From the human T2T-CHM13v2.0 reference genome, Homo sapiens: a stretch of DNA of 64,000 bases. Below, in pieces: positions 26,180-41,134 of the stretch. The notes beneath the pieces are model-generated. The model was not told the origin of the DNA. It saw nothing but the letters and a program-made list of their open reading frames with translations, and searched no databases. Within the stretch, counting starts at the first letter, position 1. Each line of letters begins with the position of its first letter. The position numbers and the translations under genes are program-made. The stretch is from NCBI RefSeq assembly GCF_009914755.1, contig NC_060927.1; one strand, given 5' to 3'.

Positions 26180-26882
26180 TTAGGGTCTTGGACAAGGCAT
26201 GCTAGATGGGAGTAGGTAATAACTTGCTCTTGGTCAGCAACTGGTTAATCAAGAACCAGGAAAATAGCTTCATACCAAACACAAGTACTAGCGATAATTT
26301 TTTGAAACACAGTCATTTTTTACTTATTTGGGAAATTGCTTTTTTTGGTTTTTTTTCCTAGGATGGGAGCCAATCCATATGCAAAGCCCATTCTGTGGAA
26401 GCAAGTTTTGAATTTGTCAGTTCAAACATTTGATTGAAGTGAAGCATGTAAATATAAAAAAAATTTTTAATGGCATTCTAATAGCAAACTCTGTAACATA
26501 GAATTTCTAAAGTTGGCTACAAAGGATGTTATTTAGTTGTCCTTAGCTGAAGACAGTTGCCTCACCCAAGATCTTATCACTTTTCTAGATAGCCTGCATC
26601 TGGTAAATTTGGCTATAAAGGTCTGGACTTTTTGGCGAACACTGGGATAACTCTGAAGGTACAACTAGTCCATAATACTCTGTGTTCATCTGACCTTTTG
26701 TTATGATTATATTATGGACCAATTTCTTGATCTGCTCAATCCTGCTTCACTTCTTTCATACATTAATGTAAATCCAGAGAGCATTCTCTAATTTCCCGAA
26801 TGTTAATCACGGCATCAAGGGTGTTTTCCTAGGGAATTTAACCTGCAATATTATCCAGAGATGGTTAATTGAGTGGTTTCCT

Positions 26883-27500
<618 letters not shown>

Positions 27501-28091
27501 ATTTAAATGGACATCTCAACCCTTGGTCTAATAGCATAGAGCATCATAGGGAATTTTGGTGTCAATATGATGATTTTATGCACACAGCTGGGATGACTTT
27601 TTTGCATTTATCATTTTTAAGGGAGCTATGATCTTTTTCATGCTAGTCACTGTAATAATTTTTATGATAAAATCACATTTCATAGCTTCCTTTGAGATGA
27701 AATATTGAATAATTGTTATTTTCAAATGTACATAATTAATAAGAACTTCCCAGCTTCAAATCTGACTTGTCTGCCTTTAGAACAAGAGACATGGGAATGT
27801 ACATTTTACATCTTGCAATGCTCAAATATGAGAATGGGGACGTGTGTAGGCTGCTGTGCTTGGACTGTGACAAAGCATCTAATCCACAGGCATCAACTCT
27901 GCCCATTAGAACCCAGGCTTCCAAAAAATGCTTACCAGAAATGCTCTCTAGTCAACAATTTCCAGTTTCAAGCTATGCTCCTTTATACTCATGACTCATT
28001 TCCCATCTGATAAATTTATTATCCCCTCTCATTCCTCCAACACTGCCATCTAACCTTGAGCTCAAGAGCAATAAAGTCAGCTGAAAAACAG

Positions 28092-28093
<2 letters not shown>

Positions 28094-28127
<34 letters not shown>

Positions 28128-28132
28128 GCGCG
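28094..28132. repeat. (TG)n microsatellite with CG tail
   Basis: Directly visible. Confidence 0.95.
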
Positions 28133-30043
28133 AAGGGACATGGTGCTGTCTTTTTTAACAACCAATTCCCTCAATAACTGATTTCTTCTAAATTGGAAAG
28201 ATCCTTTATTTTGACTGACTGACTGATGTGATGTCTGGTTAAGTGATTGCTTTCTGAGTTCTGGCACTAGTGACGGATACAGGTTGACAGGCCCAGGTAA
28301 CTGAAATAGGCATCACTGCCAACTATTGCTAAATGAACCAAGGAAAGAAGAGGATTAAAATATCCTACAATTGTGGTCCCAAGAATGAGAATATAGCAGC
28401 GCAGTAGTAACAGGAGCAGTGAAATAGAGGTATTAACTAGCTTTCTATTCTTGTTACCATTTTAAGAAAAGATGGCTCTGCATTTTGGAGGTAAATCTCA
28501 CTCCTGTTACATATTTTCTAAAACTCATGTGATTTCCACAAGTGTCGTGCTACCCTGAATCAGCCATATGCATTTCATTCCTTTTGTTCATTCTCCTTTT
28601 AATATTCTCTCCCAGCAAAATCATTATATCTAGCAAACAGAAAATGAGGCATGTGACATTTGTTAGAAAAAAAATTCTTGCCTTGCTTTTGGCAACTTAT
28701 TTCTACTTTTGTGTATCTATATTTAATTTTAGTTATTATTTTGAAATAACTTGGACCTTTAAAACTAGCCTAATAACCTGCACGGCAAATATAACTATCA
28801 AAAAACCTGGTTTGTTGGAGAAAGCTTGCCAACAAATTAAGGGGAAAGATTATTACCCAACAAATGCCACTATAAGCTGAGGTTCTGTATTACAAAATCA
28901 TTTCCAAGGTCTAATCAACAGCTCATCTATTTTCAGCTACATTTGACACAAAATAATGCCATTGCATCAAAGACACGTGGACAGTCTTATGGCATTCCTG
29001 ACTGTGATCCATTTGACTAAATGAAGAAAGTTTTAGTTTATTCTGGAATCTCTGCTTCAAGTGCAACAATGTAGAGCTGAGTATGCTGGAAATTGTTGAC
29101 TGCTTTCTTCCCTATGTACCAAATTTGGGTATACCTTCACACAGAAGTGACTTACCCCAGAGGAAAAGAATCAGATTAACCACATATCTAATCATTACTG
29201 GCCAAAGAGCCCAAATTAAGCGTATTCATTAAAAATAACTGAACTCACTAAACAATGAAAAGTTGATAATATTAACTACACAGTAATGTGTGTGTGTGTC
29301 ATATGTGCGAGTCTTTAACTTAAAAAGAGAATACAAAATAATCAAGAGGTGAATGGTTGATTTAATATGACTGACAAGCACAATGTTTGAAATGAAAATG
29401 GAGGGAATTATCTTGATAATTGCCTTTATAATAATTGTGACTAAAACGTTCCTGAGATATTCAGATAGTTGTTTTACTTATCCATCTCATTTTGTACTTC
29501 AAAATAGAGAATTTTGAGACCTCACCTATCAAAAATTTATCAAATGAATAAACATTACAGAAAGAAATAGATGTGTTGCATACAAGTTACATAAATTGTT
29601 TAAAAAACAGATGAATACATTTAAAAATGAATATGAATGAATGCAGCTGATAGCAATTTAATACCTTCTAGGTTTCAAAGATGTTCACATATATGTTTTA
29701 AGTGTGAACGGTTAACAATAAGACATATACAAAATTCAAATTTGGAATTTCAGTTTCTTTCTTTATTTCTCACTGCCTCTTCTAACACCAATCTATCCTA
29801 AGCCCTCTACCCCAATTATTTATAAAATGAAAATACATAACAGATAGTAATATATACCACCTGACTTCCCAGCAGGCACAACTTTACTCATCCATTTTAC
29901 TTTCTTTTCTTACACTCATGCATTAATTCATTCATCCACTTAACAAATATTCACTTCCCAATACTAATTAATACTGTGATATATACAAAACAATAGGTAT
30001 AAACTTCAGTTTCCTATTTCTAAGTGCTTACTCCACATGTGAT

Positions 30044-31180
30044 AGGCTGTGTGATGTAGTAGGGAGTAAGTCAGTGAGATCTGGGTTGAGAATGTGACTA
30101 TATCATTTACTAGCTGTGTGTAGTAAAGATTGCTTGCGGCCTAACCCAAACCTGTCTTTGACTTCTTTAGAAATAGAGGCTTTTCCTTCTAAGCACCATT
30201 GTATCCATTCCTATGATACTGTGATTGACCAATAGCATGTGAGAGAGTGTTGTTGTTTGTGAAGAGTGTTGGGTCTCAGAACACGATACCCCCAAGTAAG
30301 CACCTTCGCAATTGACAAAACAGTGGAAGCAAGAAGGTCACCCTGACCTTCTTACACCTTTCTCCTCTGTAACATGATCATAAAGGAATTATTTGACTTA
30401 TCTTGCCTGAAAGTAGGTCATAAGACCCTCATTCCAGGGAGATTCTGCCCTATACCAAAAAGAATCTGAACAAACTGATTGCTAAATTCCCTCCAGTTTA
30501 TTACCATTAGGTCATACCCTCTTTTATTCCAATCACACTTCTGCACAACTGTCCATAAAATACACCATGAAATTTCCCTTATCTTTGGGTTTTCATTTCT
30601 TAAGGTTCCTATGTTACATAAAACTTCAGTCAAATAAATTTTTGCTTTTCTCTTATTAATCTGTTTTTTGTTATATAGGTTTCAGCCATGATCCTTGTGA
30701 TGAGTGAGGAAAAGATATTACTTTTTCTCCTCTACAGGCAGCTCCGAGAAAAGGACAGTCAGATAGAAAATGGACCTTTTCTATCTTTGCCCATACTTTC
30801 TTTTCCTTCCTGCCTGAAATGTGGATGTGAGTTCCATAGCTCCAGCAGCCATATTGGATAATGAGGCAAATTTCTGGATAAATGTCAAGCACCTAGGTTC
30901 ACAGAGCAGGAAGAGAAAGAGCATAAGTCCATGAAAACTTATTGGAGGCTGAGATACCTACTTCTGAATTTGTTTAAACTGTTATTAAAATTAATTTCTA
31001 TTATGTTTAAGTTCACAGTCTTATAACAACAATTCCTAGATGATTAAATGAATTATCTTGGTTAGTCTCTCATTTTCTCTAAGCCTGCTTCTCTTCAGCT
31101 TTAAAATAATGCTAAATCTGTAAAAGGTTTAATCTATGTAAAACAATCTATACTAAGTAGGGGTACGCATAGCAGATATT
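30044..31180 (+). mobile_element. MIR split by an MLT1J-like LTR (~30123-31028)
   Basis: MIR 5' half ends ...TTTACTAGCTGTGTG (30120) and resumes ~31053 (TCTTGG...TCTCTAAGCCT); MLT1J motifs CTTCCTGCCTGAAATGTGGATGTGA...CAGCAGCCATATTGG. Confidence 0.6.
30267..30736 (+). mobile_element. MER31-like ERV1 solo LTR
   Basis: TGTTGGGTCTCAGAACACGATACCCC start, AATAAA, ...TTTCTCCTCTACA end (TG...CA). Confidence 0.85.
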
Positions 31181-32140
31181 TTCTGGGCTTGGAACCCTCT
31201 GACACAGTCTTACTGCTTCATTATAATGGGTTCTGTTTTGATGGGTCAGAATCTGCATCATACTAGAAATTGATCTGGCTTCAAATCTCATCCTAAAATA
31301 TGCAATAGAAATTAGCTCCTTTTGTCTAAGCTACAGCAAATTCTTACCTACATAAACACTGAAATCATAATAGTATTGAAATAGAAGGAAAAGAAAGCCA
31401 GTAGGGCTGTCTATCAGTGAGGGGCCAACTATTTGGTGCCAACCATAGTTCTTTTCCTTTTGATTTGCTAGGGTTACTGGGGAGAGGGAAGTACCAATGA
31501 GGAATATTGAGTTCATCGCCATGGCATGTTGTCATTCATGGGAGATGAGGCCATCAGAAAATTGTAAGATATACAGCATGCCACATGGAGATATGAAAAG
31601 TAGAAAAATACCGTATGAAAAAGCTGTAGTCTTGTAAACAATTAATGTCCAAATTGCTATTTGCAAACCAAATGTAGGTTTTGTACATGCTTTTGAAGTT
31701 TAATTATTATTTAATCATTTCAAGTACTCCCCAAGTATTTGTGTCTATTTTAAGCTATATCAAATGCTTTTTGGAAATAAGTGGGTATACAGTAAACATT
31801 ATTTATTAAACAAGTACATTGACAAACAGATACAGAAGAATGTAGTGAAAATGTTTATAATTAGTTTTGTCCTTGCTTGGTTTTAGGATTTATTATTTAA
31901 CAAAGGCTTTATTATTTAAATCTTGTCATGAAATGCAGAACATTTTCAAAATAATATTTGGAAGTTAGTTTTAGGCTTTGATATTTAACCTAATTAATAC
32001 AAATAAAGAAAATGATAATTAATACATGTCAGCCCCTACATGATGTTTATGGCCCTCAGTGTGTAAATAAGGGAAATGCTTGACATTTTGAATGATGTGA
32101 TAATTAAGTAGAGAAAGGAGAGCTGGCCAGATGTAAAGCT

Positions 32141-32436
32141 GGCCGGGCGTGGTGGCTCACGCCTGTAATCCCAGCACTTTGGGAGGCCAAGGTGGGCGGA
32201 TCATGAGCTCACGAGATCGAGACCATCCTGGCTAACACGGTGAAACCGCGTCTCTACTAAAAATACAAAAAATTAGCTAGGCATGGTGGCGGGCGCCTGT
32301 AGTCCCAGCTACTCAGGAGGCTGAGGCAGGAGAATGGCGTGAAACTGGGAGGCGGAGCTTGCAGTGAGCCGAGATAGGGCCACTGCACTCCAGCCTGGGC
32401 GACAGAGTGAGACTCTGTCTCAAAAAACAAAAAAAA
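32141..32436 (+). mobile_element. AluY with TSD AGATGTAAAGC
   Basis: AluY diagnostics; TSD 32129-32139 and 32437-32447. Confidence 0.97.
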
Positions 32437-33464
32437 AGATGTAAAGCCTTTCTAAGAACACAGCTTGCCTTCAGGGCTTGCACAAACTCTGCTCAAGGCC
32501 AGAAAGGGAATACTTGAACATCTTTGTGGTCTGTATTTATATAAAGTTTAGAGTTAGTTTTGATTCTTCAAGATATTTCCTTTAATTACTCTACCATAAA
32601 GTAATTTAACAAGTGAAGAATTTTCCACTTCACAAAGAGGAAGGGAAGTATCCGACACAGTATAACAGACAAATTAGAAGAATTCTGGAGATCCAAAGGT
32701 TCTTTTTGTGCAGAAGAAAATTAAGGCCAAGAAGGGCAATAGTAATTTTTTAGAAATTTTTCTGAAACAAGAAAATGTGACAGAGGGCTTTTAGGGTCAA
32801 AGTACATGAAGGGCACCTTATAAAAATAATATAAATCAATTTCTTTTGTGTTTAAAGTAGTTTCAGTGAAATTTCTGTCATTTGCAAGTAAAGGAACATT
32901 AATTCAATTTTCAAAGCTCTCCATTTTATAAACTGATGAAAAGTAATAATGATGATATAATAAAATAATATTTAGACCAAAATTGATGTTGAGAAGGTAA
33001 GCAGATAGCCTAATACGTGTCAAAGATGAAATAAAAAATACAGCTCTTAGGGCCTTTGCTGGTGGTAGCAGTATGTGTGGGGAAGGGGGTTACAAAATAA
33101 GATCCAAACTGAATAACTGGATATGTATTTAAAAGCTTAGAAAAAAGTTTTAGGGGTAAGTTCTAGAGTAGGCTGAACTTTTCAATATATAAAAATGAGG
33201 CTTTTCATTTTTTGAGGACTTTTTGTTGGTTTGTCTCATTTGACTTCTGAAAAGGGAGAGTGAGTGACATAAGAGTGAGGGGTAGAGCAGTTTTGCAGAA
33301 TATTTGAAGGATATTCAAAAACAGATTTTAAATACTCAATTTTAAATTATTTGCATTTTTCCAATATCAAGCTCTTCTACTTCCAAAACTTTCAATAAAA
33401 TCTGTGATACACATGACAACCTAGAGTGAATGATATATGGATGCGTGTGTGTGAATAAAAAAGG

Positions 33465-33481
33465 GTCTGAATTCATGGTAA

Positions 33482-33533
<52 letters not shown>

Positions 33534-35043
33534 CCTGTAGCAGATACACAAAAGAAAAGAGAAAAAAACAAAGTATACCACTACAAAAATATCACCAAAT
33601 CACAAAGAAAGACAGCAAGACAGGAATGAAGTACAAAACAGGAAACAACTAACAAATGGCAGTAATAAGTCCTTACGTATATAATTACTTTACATGTAAA
33701 TATATTAAATTCTTCAATCAAAAGACACAAAGTGGCTGCATGAATTAAAAACAAAATCCAACTATAAGTTGCCTTTCAAGAGACTCATTTTAGCTTTAAG
33801 GACATACATAGACAAAGGGAAGGATTAAAAATTTATTCCATGCAAATGGTAAACAAAGAGCAGAAGCAGTTATATTTATATAAGATAAAATTGAATTTAA
33901 TTCAAAAACTGTCAACAGTGACAAAGAAGGTCATTATATCATGATAAAGAGGTCAATTCACCAAGAGGATACAACAGTTGTAAATATATACACCCAACAT
34001 CAGTACACCTAAATATATAAATCAAATATCAACAGCAATGACAACAGAAATAGCAGTATAATAATGAGAAACTTCAATATCCCACTTTCAACAATAGACA
34101 GATTATACAGACAGAAAAATTAATGAAGAAATGGTGGACTTGAATTACACTATAGACCAAAGGGACTTAAAAGACATATATACAACCCTATCATCCAACA
34201 GCAGCAGAATGCACATTCTATTCAAGCAACATATGGAATACTCTCCAATATAGATCATATGTTATGCCACAAAAAAAGTGCTAACTAATTAACAACATTG
34301 AAATCATATCAAGTATTCTTTTGAACATAGTGATATGAAACTAGAAATCAATAACATGAGGTGAACTGGAAAACTTACAAATATGTGGAAATTAGACCTT
34401 ACACTTCATAAAGACCAACAGGTCAAAAGGAAATCAAAAGGGAAGTAAAAAAAAATCTTGAGACAAATGAAAATGAAAATATAGCATACCAAAACCTATG
34501 GGATGCAGGAAAGGCGGGTCTAAGAGGGAAGTTTATAGTGATAAAGGCCAACGTTAAGAAAAAATACCTCAAATAAACTACCTAACTTTACGTCTCAAAG
34601 ACAAAAAATAAAAAATAAATAAAGAATTAAGCCCAAAGTCAAAGAAAATAAATAATAAAGATTAGAGTAGAAATAAATGAAATAGAGACTAGAAAAATAG
34701 TAGAAAATAGAAGTAAAACAAAAAGTTGGTTTACCAAAATGATGAAGGAAATTAACAAAAAAATTAACTAGACTAAGAAAAAAAGAGAGGACTTGAATAA
34801 AAGAAATGAAAGAGGAAACATGACAACTGATACCACAGAAATACAAAGAATAATAGACTACTATGAACAATTATAAACTAACAAATTGGATAAACTAAAA
34901 GAAATAGACAAATTCCTAGAGACGTACAAAATACCAAGACTTAATCATGAAGAAATAGTGAATCTGAATAGATCAATGAATAAGAAGACTGAATCAATAA
35001 TCAGAACCTCTCAACAAACAAAATCCTAGGACTTGATGGCTTC
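33465..35043 (+). mobile_element. L1MA/L1M-like inter-ORF plus 5' ORF2 (EN, Z) fragment
   Basis: ATGGCAGTAATAAGTCC ORF2 start region, GACAAAGAAGGTCATTAT, ends ...GGACTTGATGGCTTC. Confidence 0.88.
33486..33532. repeat. (CA)~23 microsatellite
   Basis: Perfect CA run. Confidence 0.97.
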
Positions 35044-36610
35044 ACCATTCAGGACATAGGCATGGGCAAGGCTTCATAACTAAAACACCAAAAGCAATGG
35101 CAACAAAAGCCAAAATTGACAAGTGGGATCTAACTAAACTAAAGAGCTTCTGCACAGCATAAGAAACTATCCTCAGAGTGAACAGGCAACCTACAGAATG
35201 GGAGAACATTTTTGCAATCTATCCATCTAGCAAAGGGCTACATCCAGAATCTACAAGGAACTTAAACAAATTTACAAGAAAAAAAAAAAACAAACATCCC
35301 CATCAAAAAGTGGGCGAAAGATATGAATAGATACTTCTCAAAAGAAGACATTTATGCGGCCAACAAACGTATGAAAAAAATCTCATTATCACTGGTCATT
35401 AGAAAAAAGCAAATCAAAACTACACTGAGATACCATCTCACACCAGTTAGAATGGCCATCATTAAAAAGTAAGGAAACAACAGATGCTGGAGAGGATGTG
35501 GAGAAATAGGAACACTTTTACACTGTTGGAGACAGTGTTAATTAGTTCAACCATTAACCATTAGTTAATTCCTCAAGGATCTAGAACCAAAAATACCATT
35601 TAACCCAGCAATCCCATTACTGGGTATATACCCAAAGGATTATAAATCATTCTACGACAAAGACACATGCACACGTATGTTTACTGCAGCAGTGTTCACA
35701 ATTGTAAAGACTTGGAACCAACCCAAATGCCCATCAATGATAGACTGAATAAAGAAAATGTGGCACATATACATCATGGAATACTATGCAGCCACAAAAA
35801 AGGATGAGTTTATGTCCTTTGCAGGGACATAGATGAAGCTGGAAACCATCTTTCTCAGCAAACTAACACAGGAATGGAAAAGCAAACACCACATATTCTC
35901 TCTCATAAGTGGGAGCTGAACAATGAGAACACATGGATATAAGGGAGGAGACCACCCCTCATATCGTCTTATGCCCAATTTCTGCCTCCAAAGAAAGAAG
36001 AAGTAAAAACTAAAAGGCAGAAATGAAATCCTCAGGCAGACAGCCCGGCGTGGTGCCCTGGGCCTAGTAGTTAAACATCAACCCCTGACCTAATCGGTTA
36101 TGTTATCTATAGGTTACAGACATTGTATAGAAAAGCACTGTGAAAATCCCTGTCCTGTTTTGTTCCGATCTAATTACCGGTGCATACAGCCCCCAGTCAC
36201 GTACCCCCTGCTTGCTCAATCAATCACGACCCTCTCACGCGTACCCCCTTAGAGTTGTGAGCCCTTAAAAGGGACAGGAATTGCTCACTCGGGGAGCTCG
36301 GCTCTTGAGACAGGAGTCTTGCCAACGCTCCTGGCCGAATAAACCGTCACTTCCTTCTTTAACTCTGTGTCTGAGGGGTTTTGTCTGCAACTTGTCCTGC
36401 TACAGACACAGGGAGGGGAACACCACACACTGGGGCCTGTCGGTGGGTAGGGGTAAGGGGAGGGAGAGCATTAGGAGAAATACCTAATGTAGATGGCAGG
36501 TTGATGGGTACAGCAAACCACCATGGCACTTGTATACCTATGTAACAAACTTGCACATTCTACTCATGTATCCCAGAACCTAAAGTATAATAATAATTTT
36601 AAAAAGAAAA
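35044..36610 (+). mobile_element. L1PA7-like 5'-truncated element (ORF2 C-terminus and 3' UTR), interrupted by LTR2
   Basis: ACCATTCAGGACATAGGCATGGGC...; 3' UTR GTAGATGGCAGGTTGATGGG...CCAGAACCTAAAGTATAATAA. Confidence 0.9.
35940..36404 (+). mobile_element. LTR2-family (HERV-E/Harlequin) solo LTR
   Basis: TAAGGGAGGAGACCACCCCTCATAT...CCTTAAAAGGGACAGG...AATAAA...GTCCTGCTACA; 4-bp TSD GATA/GACA. Confidence 0.93.
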
Positions 36611-37094
36611 CAGACCTATTAAAAGGATGATGTAACACTAAAATAATAAACAGACTTTGTAAATAATTAAATTAAAATGGCTATTGTTTTGCTCACTGGC
36701 AACACTAATACAGAAGGCCCAACTCTAAAAATGGACTGCTATTATGCAGCCACATTCCTTTTTTGGTGAAATAAAAGCTAAGAGATAAACCTGTCTCTTA
36801 ACATGGGTATGCAAATTTTAAAATGCCATTGAAACCTTTAGTTCTACAGGAGGAATTGTGCTTTAGCTAAAGCAAGACAGCTTTAGGCTAGACATAAGTA
36901 AGAAATTATTTTCAGAGTGTGATTAAACACTGAATTAGGATGCTCAGAAAATATTTAAATGATTTCAAATGACATGTGGATTTGGCTATAGAAGAACTGG
37001 CTCAGTCAGTCCAAATAATGAATCCTTTCTCCCTGTGTTGGACCTAGCCTCCCTTAGAAACAGCACTTGGATTTTAAAAACTTTTCACCTATAT

Positions 37095-37820
37095 AGATGG
37101 TTTCAGTGGGAGTGTTACTGCCCTCTAGACACGAATTGGTAATGTTTTTCATTGATATGTTCACTGGTGGCTACTAATAGGCATTTACTGGGTAGGAGAC
37201 TGATATGATGGACATTCTACAATACCCGAGACTAACACTATAAAGAAATGTTTTACATTGTTCACACCTTTTGAAGAATATGTCACTAAATCACTAAGTA
37301 GGTGAAAAGCCTATTTGTATTTATCTGTAGCTACCTTCCATAATAAAACTGTATTTTCATACAGTTTTAATGTATGCTAAATGCTCCAGAAATGCCACTA
37401 CTGTGTTTATAGAGTGAATTTCTTGCTTTTTTTTTTTGTAAAAAATTTTATGTAGAGTTGTTAGCTATTTCAGAAAAACACACCCCAACAGCATTGCTTG
37501 ATATTTGGGCTTCAGTACACACTCCTATGTGTACTCATAGCTGTCACATTTCAAGGATGCTACAACGTGGTGGAAACATCTAGCTACCTAAACTAATGCA
37601 GTAGTGCCACAGGATTTGTATATTGAAAAATTCATTATTTTATTATAAATTACATTGCTTTTATTATAATTTTACATAATCATTTGGAATTATATTAATC
37701 TTTAATGCATACAGATATAGTTCAATAAATCTATGATTTTTAAATTTCAGATTAGTAAAGGAGCATTACAGAATCCTTGCTATCAAAAGGGGATAGTAGA
37801 GATGATAGTCTGATTAATGA
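37095..37820 (+). mobile_element. MER20B-like hAT-Charlie element
   Basis: Colinear match: GGCATTTACTGGG, GTAGGTGAAAAGCCT, TATTTTATTATAAATTAC, TAGTAAAGGAGCATTACA. Confidence 0.75.
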
Positions 37821-38671
37821 CAGAACCAGATTATCTGAAAGCTGTTGGTCCTAGGCACTGGAACTAGAGAGGTTTCTCATTCAATTCTAAGAGTATTGCT
37901 ACTTATATGAATGGCTGAAGACTAATACTATGAAAACTGGCAGACTCAAAAGTAACCCCAAAGCAACCATTAAAGATTTTATATTAAGTCCCCTAGTATG
38001 ATTTATAATTGAATGCACATTGTCTAAACACCTGCTTGGTCAAAAGGTCTGCCAGACCCAACAGGGCAGAGGGAGGGAGTGTTTTCTGAAGTCATGGACA
38101 GGGATAGCAGATTTTGTTGGGGTTATAATAGAGTAAAAATCTTTTCTGAGGATTGTGGGATAATGCCTAACGACAAAAACACAAAGGATTTTTATAATTG
38201 AAATACAAAATACTATCAGAATATCCTAGATACTTTCTATATTATGAGTCAAAACACAAAGTGTAAAAGTTCTGGTACAGTGATAAATGTGGAGTCCTCC
38301 AAAAGGAAGACAGTTACCATAAGTCAGGAGTAAATGGTGAATATATGAAGGTGTGTTGAAGTCATTGGCATTGCCCAGAATAAGGAATATTTAACCCTGT
38401 TCCTTCCCTAGCATGAGAACCTTCATCCAGTTACATCAAGGTAAGAAGAAGTATAATTACCAAGGTATATCAGAGAGAAGATGGGGCATACTCCCAAACA
38501 TTGCTTCTCTTCATCCACAGCAGCAGCTCTACAATGCCAGAATTTATGTTAGGTCTTCCAAGTGAAGCCTATTATATCACTGTCTTTTATAGATTGAAAG
38601 ACACTGTTCTAACTCAAAGCTACAGTTTTCATGTGTTTGTTTGTTTTGGTTGGTGGCAGGCATGGATATAA

Positions 38672-39134
38672 AGTTGAGACAGACCACTGGTGGCCCTCAA
38701 TGATCCATGCTTCCCATACTCACCTCTTGTCCAATCCCTTCCCATACTGACTCTGGACTTGACCATGTGACTTATTTTAACCAATAGGACACAAGCAGAG
38801 GAATGATAAGCACTTACACATCATGTCTTCCTCCCAGGAAATTCTCTCTTGAAATATTCATAGTGTGAGGAAGCTCAATTTAGCCACATGGAGAGGCCAA
38901 GTAGAAAATAATGAAGGAAACTAGACAACAGCCAGAACCCAGGCCCAAGATAGGTGGTTCCAGTGATACAGTCACAGGCAGCTCCCAACTATTTGAGCTT
39001 CACAGCTGAAGCCCTGGAAAAGATGAAGAGACAATCTATCTTCAGGCCATGTGTCATTTCTTGACTCATAAAAGGATAAAAAAAAAAAACAGTATTTGGT
39101 TCAGATTACTAACCGATGTAAGATAAGTGAAACA
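38672..39134 (+). mobile_element. MLT1 (G/H-like) solo LTR
   Basis: CTGGACTTGACCATGTGACTT...GTGAGGAAGCTCAA..AGCCACATGGAGAGGCC. Confidence 0.7.
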
Positions 39135-41083
39135 GGAAGTCTTTATGATTCCTCAGCGAAGGGGCCAAGGCTGCTGTAGGTGTGAAAGCAAAGATGATCT
39201 GTTTCAACTCTAGTTTTTCTTAGAAATGCTGCTAAAAGTCCCCGTCCTTCATTCTGGATCGAAATTCAGAGTACCTCTGGATGCAATAAACACTATTTTC
39301 CAAAACACAATAACATAAGAGTTTTGGCATAATGTGGATTAAATTGTTTTCTATTTGTTTATTTTAAATGTCGGTGTCATGGCATTGCTACGGTGTCACT
39401 GGAAATTCTCAAAAATAGAAAATGATGTGGAAAATTGCTAGTTTGACTCTTTTCAAAAATTAAAAATGTACTAAATACAACAAGATTACATTTAGAGAGT
39501 GGGAATTCACAGTCTACAGCTCACTGCATTTGCACTTTAATATCTTTAATATTAATTTAGTGGTATATAGCTTACTGTGCAAATTGATCTTAACTTCCAT
39601 GTACCACAAGACAGTTAGAAATCTACAACTATTTGAATCTTTTAAATTCTCAAATTTAGCTCTACATCCCATTGACTGTCTTATTGCCTTTAGTGGAACA
39701 TGAGGGCCATGGTATTTTATTTCCTCCATCAAGTATCTATTTGAGTGAAAATTACACACCAATTGCATAAGATTTGGAAGTTCTCCATTAATGCCAGAAA
39801 GGCCACCCCCAACCCTCCAGCCTGGCCATGCTCACATCAGCCCTGACTCCATTCTGATTGAATAACTGTTTTCATAACAGTGTATGTAAGCACTCAGTGG
39901 AGCATAAATGAGTAGTTGTGTGGAAAATATTGCTTCACCCTGCTACCAGCTTGAAAGGACATGCTGTCTCTAAGTGTACACCATTTGGTAAACACGTGAT
40001 GGGACTTCCAAAGGCTCAGAAACCACCAAGGTAGAAGGTAGCCCAACAGCAAAATTTCAGCTGTTTTCTTCCTTGTCTGTTCTAATATGAGACATGGAAC
40101 AACCTACGAAACTTCCCCAAGTCCCAGTTTACTGAGAAGTAGACTGTGATCTCTATATTGTATGGTTGTTGAAAGATAAAATTAGAAGATACAATTATAT
40201 GCAAATGTGTTATGATTTGTTATGAGCTTTTAGTGGGGAAAAGAGGAAGCTATTTGGTAATAAATATGTGCAAATCGAAGATAGTATTTTTAAAAACATT
40301 GTTTTTGCAGTATTTAAAGTTTGAGTCAAAGAAAAGTTTACACTGACCTCAAAATTGGCAATTTTTTAAAATTAAATTTTTTATTAATAGTAGATATTTA
40401 ATAGATTCCCACTTACTTTAACAACAAAAAGTTTTAATTACATTTAAAGTTGTTTCTTTTTTATAATGAAATTAATTTCCAAGATAAACTAAAATGTCTT
40501 AGTTTTTAGATGGCTTAGTTCTTAGATGGCTACATCTCTAAGGAGTATACTTAAGCAGCTAAATGATTTTTGCTTTAAAATATCATACAATGCTTTTGCA
40601 GAATTAATTTAAAAGGGCATTTTTTTCTGTTTTATTTTCATCTGTGTACTAGTTGTATAAACTTACTTACCTAATACTTCAACTATGACCTAATCCAATA
40701 GGAGGTTATCATACTTTAAATATTATTTCTGGGATTCTGTAGAAAAGGAAAATGTAGATTGAAAAATGTAGCCATATTTGCAGACTAGAAAGGGGAATCT
40801 TAAATGGGAAGCTAGAAACCATCACAGCATTGCAGTTTCAAAAAATATCCAGGGCAATATTAGAAGAAAGAGGTATGAGACTGTGTTTGCAGGAGGAAAT
40901 TGAAGGGACATGTGGGTAACGAACTGAAGAACTTCCATGCTGATGTCAACTTAATTTCATTAATTTTGTTTTGCTATTACATAACAGTTTTACTTCACTC
41001 CTCCCAAATCTACTGTCTTGTATTATTTCTGTTTTTCTTTGTGGCTGTGCATAACTTCATACAGCATGAACTTTCGATACAAT

Positions 41084-41134
41084 TTCCATATGCTACGAAG
41101 TTCCATATGCTATGAAGTTCCATATGCTAAGAAG
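41084..41134. repeat. 17-bp tandem repeat x3 (TTCCATATGCTANGAAG)
   Basis: Three units differing only at one position (C/T/A). Confidence 0.95.

Noticed and set aside
28039-28058. CTCF site (reverse TAGATGGCAGTG)
   Set aside because: Lacks the 5' CC(A/G)(C/G) part of the core motif
41084-41134. CRISPR-like or engineered loxP array
   Set aside because: Units are head-to-tail with no spacers, the context is primate genomic DNA, and no intact 34-bp loxP is present
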